Shown piece by piece: positions 1 to 9,429 of a DNA stretch of 64,000 nt. The position numbers were made by a program, and so were the translations under genes. Origin of the DNA: Candidatus Babelota bacterium (GTDB taxonomy: Bacteria; Babelota; Babeliae; Babelales; CAIQNR01); assembly GCA_965658655.1 (NCBI GenBank), contig CBFHTA010000001.1, forward strand, positions 178,507-242,506. The letters run 5' to 3'. The notes beneath the pieces were generated by a model. It saw nothing but the letters and a program-made list of their open reading frames with translations, searched no databases and had not been told where the DNA came from. Position 1 is the first letter of the stretch; each line of letters starts with the position of its first letter.

Positions 1-807
1 ATCAATGGTGGTGCGCATGCTAATAACGGTTTAGCTATTCAAGAGATTATGCTGGTGCCTGTTGGGGCTCAAAATTTTAGAATTTCTTTGGAATATGCTC
101 TTACGGTGTTCCATGAATTAAAAAAGATTTTGATCAAAAATAACAAAGCTACAGGCGTGGGAGATGAAGGGGGCTTTGCTCCTTCCTTTGAAACGGTTTA
201 TGAGCCGTTTGATTACCTTTCTCAAGCACTTGAGAGTACCGGGCTGAAAGATTTTTTTGTTTTGGCTATTGATGTTGCGGCAAGTCAGTTTTATAACGCT
301 GAAAGCAAAACATATCAATGGGAAGGCAAGCAGTTGTCTTCAAAAGAAATGGTATCTTTCTATCAAAAACTTGCAGATACGTACCCTCTTTACTCTATAG
401 AGGACGGAATGGCAGAAGATGATATTGAGGGATGGAAAGAACTTTTTAATGCGCTTGGTGACAAACTACAAATTGTAGGGGACGATATTTTTGTTTCACA
501 AACTAAGCGAATCGCAAGCGGCTTTACTGAAGGCATCGCTAACGGAGTTGTTATAAAACCTAATCAAGTAGGTACAGTGTCTGAAGCATTGGAGGCTATT
601 ACATTGTGTCATGCTGCCGGAGCGAATGTGGTTGTTTCTCATCGATCAGGAGAGACCAATGACGACTTCATTTCTGACTTAGCTGTGGGAACATCTGCAG
701 GGCAAATTAAGATTGGAGGGCCATGCCGAGGTGAACGGATGGCAAAATATAATCGACTTTTATATATTGAAGACATTCTTACAATGGGTCTTTTAGACGA
801 AGGCTAA
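1..807 (+). CDS. eno: Enolase, C-terminal part (5' end outside the window)
   Basis: Frame 1 is open from nt 1 (INGGAHANNGLAIQEIMLVP...) and runs into ORF 49..807. SHRSGETNDDFISDLAVG and IKIGGPCRGERMAKYNRLL are the enolase C-terminal barrel signatures. Confidence 0.95.
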   Translation: MNGGAHANNGLAIQEIMLVPVGAQNFRISLEYALTVFHELKKILIKNNKATGVGDEGGFAPSFETVYEPFDYLSQALESTGLKDFFVLAIDVAASQFYNAESKTYQWEGKQLSSKEMVSFYQKLADTYPLYSIEDGMAEDDIEGWKELFNALGDKLQIVGDDIFVSQTKRIASGFTEGIANGVVIKPNQVGTVSEALEAITLCHAAGANVVVSHRSGETNDDFISDLAVGTSAGQIKIGGPCRGERMAKYNRLLYIEDILTMGLLDEG

Positions 808-3440
808 ACTGCAGGAGCCGCCAAAGACGAGAAGAGGTTTTTAAGTTCATCTTCTTCAGAGAGAGCAATTTTTACAGGCTTCTTTGTTATTTTTGGTGTA
901 GGTTTTTCTGTTTGGGCAATGTATATTTTCTTAGCCGGACGATCTACTTTTATAAACTCTTCTATAGCTTTTTCTTCTGGAGTTTTTTCAGAATTTTTTA
1001 CTGGTGGCGGAGCGATATATGATGCTGTTTTCATAATAGATTGTTGGTCAATTTTTTTGTTTGGATCAACAGTAATATTTCTTACTCCCACTTTCTTTTT
1101 ATCGGCATAGTAATCTGCAGATGAAGAGTACATTTTTGTTTCTTTGAAAGCATTTATTCGTTTTGAGGCAATATCATGACTTGAAGATCCAAAGAACCAG
1201 CGCGTAATAGGGTCTTTGAGCGTATCGAAATTTTCTCCATCAACTAATATTTTGTTCATAGTGAGCATTTTATTTTTAGTGTAAGGGTCAAAGTATTTGT
1301 TGGGATCGGTATGAATAATGCGTGGGCACAAGAAGATTAAAAGATGCTCTTTGGTTGTTGCTTTTACTTTCTTTTTAAAGAGCCAACCAAAAATAGGTAT
1401 GTCTTTGAACCCAGGGGTTCCTATAATAGACTCAGAGATTTTTGTTTTGGTTAATCCCCCCAATACAAGCACTTCGCCGTCGTTAACATTTGCATTAGTT
1501 TGCAGGTTTCGGTTGAGAGTTTCTGTACTGGTTCCATATTCTTCTACTTTAATAGAGATTCCCATATTGATTTTTCCGCCATGACTAATAAGTGGCGTAA
1601 CGCTAATTCCTAGGGTGGCATTTTTACGAGTTTTTTGGTTAACCGTTCCGCCAAGTGAGGTAGTAGTGTCTCCATCCAAAAGACGAGAATCGGTTGAATA
1701 GAATGAACTGTTTTGATTGTTCATTGCCACAATGAAAGGTTGAGAAAGGACTTTAATGTCTTTAAAGCTGTTGAGTAGTTGTGTAACAAGCCACATGCCA
1801 TTGGTTGCCTTGTCTTTAAATGATATAAGAAGACTTCCTCCTTGAGCGCCGCTTAACAAGTTGCTTCCTGAAGCGTTTCCAAGTGTCGTTCCTGAAACAG
1901 CTGATTGGTCACTAGAAGCCATATTTAAAAGATTTGCACGTAGAGCTTCAGCTTGTTGAGCACCACTATTGCTGTTGTCTAAAACAATGCCACCAATATT
2001 AGATGTTTGAAAATTCGTATTTTTAAGACCAAGACCTTTTTTATTTCTCATTTGAGAGGCAAGTGATTGATCGCCTGTAATATTCAAATCTACAATGAGA
2101 GCTTCTATGGCAACTTGGAGCTGAGGCTTGTCTAATTCTTCGATAAGTTTTTTTATTCGGATCCAGTCTTGTCTTCGAGCTGCAATAATAAGCCGATTAG
2201 AAGTTTGCGGTGCTTGTTTAGGAGGAGGAGTAGATCCATTACTATTGTTTCCCCAGTAATTATTATTTACAGAGGAGCTTTGATTTTCTCCTCCTGCTTG
2301 TTCAGCTGCAACAATAACGCCTTGAAAATATTGCTCGCCGCTGTTGTTTTTGATTCCTCCAGAAGATTGGTTTCCATATGACCCTTGTTGTTGATTAGAA
2401 GAACTTACAATGTTTTGCAGGACGGGCTGAAACTCTTGAGCTTTTAAATATTGTAGGTCATAGATGTGTAAAACTGATTCACCTGTGTCTAGAGGAATAT
2501 CAATGTTTTTTTTGATAAAGTTTTTTGCTTGATCTAGTGCTGCTTTTTTTCCCATTAGAATAAGAGAGTTGGTTCGCATTTCAGCAACAATTCGAGTATT
2601 TTTTGCAAAGTATTGAGAAGCAGAGTCTTCTGGCCCCCCTTGAGGCTGGGCTCCGTATTGAGGTCTTTGAGGGGAGTTGGAGTTTATGAGTTCTTGAAAA
2701 AGTCGAGCAACAGTTTCTGCGGAAGTATGCTTGAGGTTTACAAAATCAATAGCGTCAGTAAATCCATGAGAATCAAGTTCGTTTATTACAAACATAGTAG
2801 CTGCAATGTTGCGAGCAAAGTCCGTGATGACTAATCCATTGCTTCCTGGATCCGTAACAATGGTTGCGTCTTTTGAGAGTAATGATTGAACTAAAGGCAT
2901 TATGCCTCCTTGACCACCGTCGCCAACTTGTAGGTTAGAGAAGTAATGAATGTAGCGAATTTTTTCATCGGTATCAGGAAGGTCCTCGGGTTTGACATGA
3001 AAGTAAAGAGGGTAAGGCTGTCTGTTTGCATCTCTGAATCGTTTAGGATCGGCTCCTGTTACAAAGTAAAAATCATTTTCTTTAGTTATTGTGTAGCCGC
3101 ATATTTTTAACACAGAAAGCATTCTACGCCATGCTTCTGTTAAAGTTATTTTTTCAGGGTACTGGAAGGTTAATTTGTTAACTACAGACTCTTTTCCTGC
3201 TGGTAATACGACATTAATGTTTTTACGTTTTGCGAGATCATTAATAATGTCTACAACAGGTTCGTCTTTGTATCGAAACCAAAATTTTTTTTCAGTCTTT
3301 TTTTTCTTTGAATGTGTTTTGTGGTTGTGTTTTGTAGCATGGGTTTGATGTTTATGATCAGCTTTTGTTTCTGCTTTCGTTGAAGAAGTAAACAATAGGG
3401 AGCACCCAAGCAACCATATGAAAAATGTTTGTTTGTTCAT
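804..3440 (-). CDS. Secretin (GspD/PilQ family), copy 2
   Basis: 878 aa. Signal peptide MNKQTFFIWLLGCSLLFTSSTKA and an N0-like segment (FRYKDEPVVDIINDLAKRKNINVVLP). C-terminal secretin core VLVLGGLTKTK...TPGFKDIPIFGWLFKKK...LLIFLCPRII. Lies directly after the pilM/N/O-like genes, which favours a PilQ-like role. Stop overlaps the eno stop convergently. Confidence 0.85.
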   Translation of the reverse strand: MNKQTFFIWLLGCSLLFTSSTKAETKADHKHQTHATKHNHKTHSKKKKTEKKFWFRYKDEPVVDIINDLAKRKNINVVLPAGKESVVNKLTFQYPEKITLTEAWRRMLSVLKICGYTITKENDFYFVTGADPKRFRDANRQPYPLYFHVKPEDLPDTDEKIRYIHYFSNLQVGDGGQGGIMPLVQSLLSKDATIVTDPGSNGLVITDFARNIAATMFVINELDSHGFTDAIDFVNLKHTSAETVARLFQELINSNSPQRPQYGAQPQGGPEDSASQYFAKNTRIVAEMRTNSLILMGKKAALDQAKNFIKKNIDIPLDTGESVLHIYDLQYLKAQEFQPVLQNIVSSSNQQQGSYGNQSSGGIKNNSGEQYFQGVIVAAEQAGGENQSSSVNNNYWGNNSNGSTPPPKQAPQTSNRLIIAARRQDWIRIKKLIEELDKPQLQVAIEALIVDLNITGDQSLASQMRNKKGLGLKNTNFQTSNIGGIVLDNSNSGAQQAEALRANLLNMASSDQSAVSGTTLGNASGSNLLSGAQGGSLLISFKDKATNGMWLVTQLLNSFKDIKVLSQPFIVAMNNQNSSFYSTDSRLLDGDTTTSLGGTVNQKTRKNATLGISVTPLISHGGKINMGISIKVEEYGTSTETLNRNLQTNANVNDGEVLVLGGLTKTKISESIIGTPGFKDIPIFGWLFKKKVKATTKEHLLIFLCPRIIHTDPNKYFDPYTKNKMLTMNKILVDGENFDTLKDPITRWFFGSSSHDIASKRINAFKETKMYSSSADYYADKKKVGVRNITVDPNKKIDQQSIMKTASYIAPPPVKNSEKTPEEKAIEEFIKVDRPAKKIYIAQTEKPTPKITKKPVKIALSEEDELKNLFSSLAAPAV

Positions 3441-3457
3441 AATTTTACCCCTTTATC

Positions 3458-4015
3458 CTACTGTTTTTTTTCAGCTTGAGCGATGAGTGTGGCAATTGTC
3501 AATGTAACCCCTATACTTGATCCTGGCATTTTTACAATAACCAGTTCTTTAGTATAGATGCGTCCCTTTTGCTCTATAATCTGCAAAAGTTCACAAAGTT
3601 GCTGAGTATTTATCTTTTGCAATGTTGCTTGTAATGTTACCTCAGTATAGCGTTTTTTTAATATTTCTTCAGTGGTTCGAGCTTCTCCTCTCAAATTTCC
3701 CGAGAGGCGGAGTCTCTTGAGGCAGTCTTCAAAAAAATTTTTAATTCTAAAGTTTTTATCTTGTTCTAAGAGTGCATTAATTTCTTCGCTTTGTTTTTGT
3801 ACATTTTTAAGACGCCCTAAAAGTTCTTTTGCTTGACGTTCTTGTTTATAGATTTCACGAAGTGCTCCCTGCAGACGTCGTACTCTTGTAAAATAAAACC
3901 ACATGCTGCCAGTTACGATCAATACCATTAAACCAATAAAAAGCGCACTGTTTCGGTAAAATTCACTTGTATCAAATGAGGTAAACCGCCCTCTTATTTT
4001 TTGGAGAAGAGTCAT
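3458..4015 (-). CDS. PilO/GspM-like bitopic inner-membrane protein
   Basis: 185 aa. One N-proximal TM helix (ALFIGLMVLIVTGSMWFYF), then a coiled coil and a small C-terminal domain. 4-nt overlap with the upstream gene. Located between the PilM/N-like gene and a secretin. Assigned from architecture and context only. Confidence 0.4.
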   Translation of the reverse strand: MTLLQKIRGRFTSFDTSEFYRNSALFIGLMVLIVTGSMWFYFTRVRRLQGALREIYKQERQAKELLGRLKNVQKQSEEINALLEQDKNFRIKNFFEDCLKRLRLSGNLRGEARTTEEILKKRYTEVTLQATLQKINTQQLCELLQIIEQKGRIYTKELVIVKMPGSSIGVTLTIATLIAQAEKKQ

Positions 4016-5472
4016 GAGAGGTCTCCTTTGCTGGCAATAGGGAGTATAAGCGGACTAAAGGTGATTTGTTGTAGAAGAGGTACATCAGAAAAAAGTTGTG
4101 TTTCTTTGAGTTGTTTTTCAAATTCATCAATGGCTTCAAAGTTACGAACTTTACCATCAAGCGTTACAGTCCCTTTACTGATCACCATTTTGTTAAGTTC
4201 TAATCCAAGGACTTCTCGATCAACTTTAGTGCTTAAATCAAGTAAATACCGAAGAAATGAGTGACGAGTTTGGCTTGAGAATGAATACCAAATAACTTCT
4301 TCTTTTTCGATTTGTTTGCGTGCGTTTTTAACGGCTTCTTTAAGTGATTTTCCTTTGATACCAGCAAAATTTTTCTTAAGATCTGAATGAGCACGCTTTT
4401 TTGCTTTTTCCGCGATAGAGGACAGATTTTGAATTTGTAAAAAAGTGTGAATAGAAAGGGAAGCGGCAATTGCTACGCTTAATAGTATGCCCGTAATAAA
4501 TTGACTGTTAAAGCGTTCTTGGTGTCGAGAAGTTGACTCGTCCATTAAAAGGTTGAAGTCAGCGGAAATTTCAGAAGGATATGCTGCAGCTACGCTTAGA
4601 AGGTCTAGTGCATTGTGCGTGGTAGGGAAAGGGACTTTAGCAGTTGTTAAAGAAGCTTCGAGCTTAAAAAATTCACAAGGGAGCCCGAGAGCCGTTTTTA
4701 TTTTTGTTAAGAATCCATCAGGTGCGGCACCCATTATAAGGACTTTTTTTAACGGGCCTTCTTCTTGGATAAAAGAATTAAGTGTAAAGTTTGTTTTCTG
4801 AAGACCGTCGCTATCTGTATCAAGATTCTTTTGAAGTGTTCGTATTTTTTTTAAAGCACCATTTTTAATGTAGGCAATATGAGTTCTTTCCTCATCGAGC
4901 ACTACGAGGGCAACAGTATGTTTATTGTTAATAGAGGTAATGCTTTTGTACAACCCAAAAATATTAATAATATCTACAGAAACGGCATCAAGAGGTAGAT
5001 TTGCTTTGGCAAAGCGCCCTACATGCTCGGCAATATATTTTTTTTGAATAGCTGTGACTAAGATAGAAGTTGTTTTTGTAGTGGCGTCTTCTTTGGTAAT
5101 GATAAAGTCTATGTTTGCCTGATCTATTGGAAACGGCAAGTAAGGTTCAAGTTCAAAATTAAGAACGAGCGCTATTTTTTCTTCTCCAATAATAGGGAGC
5201 GTAAGTTCTTTAAAAATGATAAAAGAGCTGTCTATTGTTGTTGTTACAGCATTATAGTTTTTTATTTGTCCCATTATTTTGGATAAAGCTGGGACAATCT
5301 GTTCAGGTTTTTCTATGGGTTCTTTATAAGCATTTTTAATTGATCTCTTGTTTCCTTGGGCTACTATTACAGTTGCGTACACGGCATTTTTGGTAACGTG
5401 GATGCCGACTATTTTTTTGCTAAAAAGAAAATACGACCCTATGCGTTCAGGGAAAAAAAGGTTTTTTATCAT
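4012..5472 (-). CDS. PilM-PilN fusion / GspL-like assembly-platform protein
   Basis: 486 aa. The N-terminal ~330 aa resemble the actin-like PilM/GspL cytoplasmic domain (KKIVGIHVTKNAVYATVIVAQG...). A TM helix (FITGILLSVAIAASLSIHTFL) and a ~130-aa periplasmic tail follow. 4-nt overlaps at both ends. Confidence 0.55.
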   Translation of the reverse strand: MIKNLFFPERIGSYFLFSKKIVGIHVTKNAVYATVIVAQGNKRSIKNAYKEPIEKPEQIVPALSKIMGQIKNYNAVTTTIDSSFIIFKELTLPIIGEEKIALVLNFELEPYLPFPIDQANIDFIITKEDATTKTTSILVTAIQKKYIAEHVGRFAKANLPLDAVSVDIINIFGLYKSITSINNKHTVALVVLDEERTHIAYIKNGALKKIRTLQKNLDTDSDGLQKTNFTLNSFIQEEGPLKKVLIMGAAPDGFLTKIKTALGLPCEFFKLEASLTTAKVPFPTTHNALDLLSVAAAYPSEISADFNLLMDESTSRHQERFNSQFITGILLSVAIAASLSIHTFLQIQNLSSIAEKAKKRAHSDLKKNFAGIKGKSLKEAVKNARKQIEKEEVIWYSFSSQTRHSFLRYLLDLSTKVDREVLGLELNKMVISKGTVTLDGKVRNFEAIDEFEKQLKETQLFSDVPLLQQITFSPLILPIASKGDLS

Positions 5473-8210
5473 CCTTTGAACTTCTTTTTCTTAGAGGATT
5501 TGCGTGTAATCTTTGCAACTTTTCTCTTTTTCTTCTTTTTGCTTTTTTTGGATGGAGAGTTTTGATTTATAAACTCTTCCACCTGTTTGACCGTTTCATC
5601 GTGTCCGCTTCCGCTAAAGAAAAGACTGTTAATAGGATCTTTTCCTGAAATATCATGAGTTCCAGAGTGGCGAGAAAGAGCGGCAGTAACGTTGGCTTTT
5701 TTCTTCATATATTCTGTGGTTGTTGCTTCCATGCCAGGGTAGATAATTTGTGGAGAGATAAAGATAAGCACATTTGATTGAACCTTTCCTTTAGATTTAG
5801 ATTTAAAGAGCCAACCAAGGCCAGGAATATCTCCTAAAAGAGGAGTCTTTCTTACTATTTGAGTAACCTTGTTTTTTACAATTCCACCGAGTACAAGCAC
5901 TTCTCTGTTTTGAACGGTGGCGGCTGTGGTGACAGTCTTTACGGTTTTGTCTCCGCTCGACACATTGGCGCTTGAGTAATCTTGAATGCTAATATTGATA
6001 GCCATTTGAATGGAGCCGTCAGAACTGATCTGAGGGGTAATTGTTACCTCTAAGTTTGCTTGATCTGCACTGTAACCGGTTTGTGTTTGGCCGCTTCCTT
6101 GTACCGTACTGGTTGCAATGTTTCTTGTGCTTCCTAAGGTCACCTGAGCTTGATAGTTGTTGGTTGCAAGCAAGAATGGATTTGAGATAACATCTGTTTT
6201 AGCAGTTTGCTGAAGTATGCTCATAATTCCCCATACACCGGTATTATTGTTTCCTACAGAAAGAACAGTAGACCCGGTTGCGGCAGAAGAGGCAAGGCTA
6301 ATTAGGTTCCCCAGCAAGCTTCCATTTGCGGCATTTACCACACCGCCAAAGTTACCACCAGAGGTAGGAAGCCCTGTACTTTGAAAGTCTACATTCTTAA
6401 TTAAACTATCAGTAGACTTGTTTCTTATTTGTGTTCCCAAGATCTTATCGTCACTGGTTGTTACATCGACAATAAGTACTTCAATAATAGTTTGCGGTTG
6501 AACAATATCAAGCTTCTTAATTATATCAACAAGTTTAATATAATCATTTTCTTCGGCTTTAATAATCAGTCTATTTCCGCTGATATCTGGAGTTATCGTC
6601 ATTGGCCCAAAATATTGATTACCATCCCTCACTCCTCCATAACTAGCGGCAGGAGTGCCCGCTCCAAATTTTGTTGCTGTCTGGTTTAAAATTTGTGCAA
6701 TATTTTTTGCTTGTGTGTATTGTAATTCATAGATGTGCAATGGAGAATAAGGCATGTCTAAGTCAACATCTACATGTTTAATAATAAACTCTTCAATTTT
6801 CACAAGCGCAGCTTTGGGCCCAAGAAGAATCAGTGAGTTTGTTCGCGGCTCTGGAATAATACGAGCGTTTGCAGGGAAGTAAAGAGATTTTGGTTGATTG
6901 CGTTGGGTCATGAAACGAGCAGCGCCTTTGGGAGCTTCTGCTCGAGTAAGTACATCATAAAGTTTGGCAACTTCTTCAGCATCAGATTTTTTAAGTTTTA
7001 ACACAGACATTGCTTCTGGCATTTCTTTATCGAACTCTTGCACAATGTACATGAGAGAGCGGACGTTAGATCCTTTATCCGTAATGATGAGCGCATTAAG
7101 GTCTGGGAACGTTAGGATAGGTCCCGCAGATGAGCTCGAGAACGCTTTCACTACTTCTTGAATAGTTCCTAGAGGTGAATTTTTTACGAAAAAGACATAA
7201 CGAACTTTAGTGCTGTTGTTTGGAATATCGTCTATTTTAGTGTTAAAGAATGTTGGAAGAACTTCTTTATTGGCGCTTGTTAATGTTGTAATACGGTAGA
7301 AGACAGTTTTTTTGTGAGGCTTGTTTGGGTCGCTATGCTCTGTTTTGGAGGAATCACCTTCACCAGGTATAACGGTGAGTCCTGCCATATCTAAGAATTT
7401 CAAGAAGAGATTCCAGGCCTCGGCACGCGTTAAAGGTTTATTGGTGGTAAAGGTAATGCGATGACCTTTAAGAACAGCTCCTCCGTGAGGGGTAGGGTTA
7501 AGGTCGTCATCAGCGAAGAACTTAACATCATAAAGCTCTTCCATATAACGCACTAAGCTCTCTAGTGTGGCATCTTCAAAGTAGAAGCGCACCATTTGGT
7601 GTTCTTTTTCTTCCTGTTCTAATTTTTCTTGAAGACGCTTCTCTTCGGCCTGAGTAGGTTTAGGTTTACCGTCTTCTTTTTCTTTGTGATGCTCACTGAG
7701 CTTGTCTTTCTTTTTCTTTTCGTCCGTGTTATTTTTTTCACTCAGCTTTTCTTTTTCTTCTTTTTTCTTAGGCTCAGGGACCTTAACTTTCCCTTCTAAA
7801 GCTCCTTTATCTAAGGCTGGAGGCGCAGGAACCTGAGGAATTGTCACAGATCCAATTTTTTCTGTTTTAATTTTAACAGGAGTTTCTGTGTGTTCTATCT
7901 CTTTTTTATTGCTTTCTTTAACCGGTGAAGGCTCGTCCTTTTGTGCTTCCCCTTCATCATCATCTAGTAAATGCTTGGAAGGCTTAGGAGGCACTGGTAG
8001 TTCTGTGTGAGCAGGAGTTAGTGTCTGGTGTTGAACGGAAGGAGGAGCTTCTGAGGAGTTTTTCCCTATGGCAGATAAATCGATTGGAGTCGAATCTTTT
8101 TTAGGCATGTTAGACAGAATGCCACGCTGAGCAAAAACATTTTGCGGAGCACAACACAGGGCCCCTAATATGAGAATAAAAATGTATTGTTTGTTCTTTT
8201 TTTTATTCAT
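5469..8210 (-). CDS. Secretin (GspD family), copy 1, with a long K/E/P-rich N-terminal region and a poly-lysine tail
   Basis: 913 aa. Signal peptide (ILILGALCCAPQNVFA) and an N0-like segment (VRFYFEDATLESLVRYMEELYDVKF). Secretin core REVLVLGGIVKNK...TPLLGDIPGLGWLFKSKSK...VLIFISPQII. Directly downstream of the GspC-like gene. Confidence 0.85.
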   Translation of the reverse strand: MNKKKNKQYIFILILGALCCAPQNVFAQRGILSNMPKKDSTPIDLSAIGKNSSEAPPSVQHQTLTPAHTELPVPPKPSKHLLDDDEGEAQKDEPSPVKESNKKEIEHTETPVKIKTEKIGSVTIPQVPAPPALDKGALEGKVKVPEPKKKEEKEKLSEKNNTDEKKKKDKLSEHHKEKEDGKPKPTQAEEKRLQEKLEQEEKEHQMVRFYFEDATLESLVRYMEELYDVKFFADDDLNPTPHGGAVLKGHRITFTTNKPLTRAEAWNLFLKFLDMAGLTVIPGEGDSSKTEHSDPNKPHKKTVFYRITTLTSANKEVLPTFFNTKIDDIPNNSTKVRYVFFVKNSPLGTIQEVVKAFSSSSAGPILTFPDLNALIITDKGSNVRSLMYIVQEFDKEMPEAMSVLKLKKSDAEEVAKLYDVLTRAEAPKGAARFMTQRNQPKSLYFPANARIIPEPRTNSLILLGPKAALVKIEEFIIKHVDVDLDMPYSPLHIYELQYTQAKNIAQILNQTATKFGAGTPAASYGGVRDGNQYFGPMTITPDISGNRLIIKAEENDYIKLVDIIKKLDIVQPQTIIEVLIVDVTTSDDKILGTQIRNKSTDSLIKNVDFQSTGLPTSGGNFGGVVNAANGSLLGNLISLASSAATGSTVLSVGNNNTGVWGIMSILQQTAKTDVISNPFLLATNNYQAQVTLGSTRNIATSTVQGSGQTQTGYSADQANLEVTITPQISSDGSIQMAINISIQDYSSANVSSGDKTVKTVTTAATVQNREVLVLGGIVKNKVTQIVRKTPLLGDIPGLGWLFKSKSKGKVQSNVLIFISPQIIYPGMEATTTEYMKKKANVTAALSRHSGTHDISGKDPINSLFFSGSGHDETVKQVEEFINQNSPSKKSKKKKKRKVAKITRKSSKKKKFKG

Positions 8211-8212
8211 AC

Positions 8213-9340
8213 TTACGATTCTTTAGGTAGTGAAAAATCTTTTAACTTCCCTGCTTTTCCTTCAGCAAGCATTTTTTTTCTTTGGTCAATCATTATTTCT
8301 TGAGCAGTTGGTGCGAAAGCATAGTGTTCTTTGAGGGTTGCCATGCGCTCGCGCTCCAGTTCTTCTTCGCTCGGTCCTTTAAGGATACTGTCTTCTTCTT
8401 CGTTTTTGGTTTTGGTTTTTTCGATACCAAAACTGTGTATCTTAAAGTTAAGCGTGAGGACTTTCCCTTCGTGAGTTATCGATGCTTGGAAGGATTCGCC
8501 TGCTTTAAGATCAATTAATTTATTATAAATATTGAGCCGCTCGTTGGTGGTTGTTGCTGGAATTCCGGCTACCTTGTTGATGATACTATACGATTCGAGT
8601 CCCATTGCTGCCCCTAATGAGTTGTGTGCTATTTTCCCTATTCGACACCCTACGCTCTTACCTTCTTTGTATACAGTCGTTAAATCGAACATGTCAATAA
8701 AGTGTGCAAGACTTGGCACTAGGTCGGCGAATGCTTTAGGGTCGATAGCGAAACTATGGTCACCGGTTTTTCTCATCACGTGTTCCCAGTCATCTTCGTC
8801 TTCTATAAGAGCAGGGTCGGCGCTTGCAGCTCTCTCGTTAATGAACAATGTTTCTTGTTGTCCATTAGATCGTATTAGTACAACTTTATTTTGTAAAATA
8901 CGCACAACTTGTGCGTCTTCTATTGGGTCTCCAACCTTGTAATTCTCGTCCTTTTTCGTTTTATTGTCGGCAATAACTGCAATGTTATTACTTTCGTCGC
9001 TCAAAAGCATGACCCCCTTCAGTGTGACTTCAAGCGGCGACAAGAATGGTTGTTTGGGTTCCTCAGGAATATGAACAGTAGTTGGTCCAGGAGGTTGAGG
9101 AATTGGTTTTGCGTAATCAGGCTCTACCGGTGGAGCTACTTTTTTATGAAAAGTGTTAAACAAGTCGTTATCATAAATATGTGCAATATTAATTGCTGCC
9201 ACACGTGGTGCAGCAACAGATTGCTTAGAGCCTGTCTTTTTGGGTTTAGGAATGCTTGGCCTGGAGAAGGCTACAAAGCCTAAGCAGACTATAAATAAAA
9301 GCAAGAGCGAACTGTTAACGATCCAGAACGGGTGTCTCAT
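8213..9340 (-). CDS. GspC-like protein (TM anchor + HR-like + PDZ-like domains)
   Basis: 375 aa. N-terminal TM (FWIVNSSLLLLFIVCLGFVAF). HR-like segment NYKVGDPIEDAQVVRILQNKVVLIRSNGQQETLFI. PDZ-like segment GCRIGKIAHNSLGAAMGLESYSIINKVAGIP. Immediately upstream of a secretin, as in gspC-gspD operons. Confidence 0.6.
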   Translation of the reverse strand: MRHPFWIVNSSLLLLFIVCLGFVAFSRPSIPKPKKTGSKQSVAAPRVAAINIAHIYDNDLFNTFHKKVAPPVEPDYAKPIPQPPGPTTVHIPEEPKQPFLSPLEVTLKGVMLLSDESNNIAVIADNKTKKDENYKVGDPIEDAQVVRILQNKVVLIRSNGQQETLFINERAASADPALIEDEDDWEHVMRKTGDHSFAIDPKAFADLVPSLAHFIDMFDLTTVYKEGKSVGCRIGKIAHNSLGAAMGLESYSIINKVAGIPATTTNERLNIYNKLIDLKAGESFQASITHEGKVLTLNFKIHSFGIEKTKTKNEEEDSILKGPSEEELERERMATLKEHYAFAPTAQEIMIDQRKKMLAEGKAGKLKDFSLPKES

Positions 9341-9429
9341 AAAAATTCCTTTTTAGCATTCTATGGACACGATACCCATTTCCATTATGTGTTGTCAAGT
9401 CTAGAGCCTTCTATAAAGGGTTTTGATAT

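Noticed and set aside
7595-8120. K/E/P-rich repetitive DNA in the secretin-1 N-terminal region as a possible mobile or tandem-repeat element
   Set aside because: It is in frame within the secretin gene with no clean repeat unit. It is interpreted as a low-complexity linker typical of AT-rich genomes.
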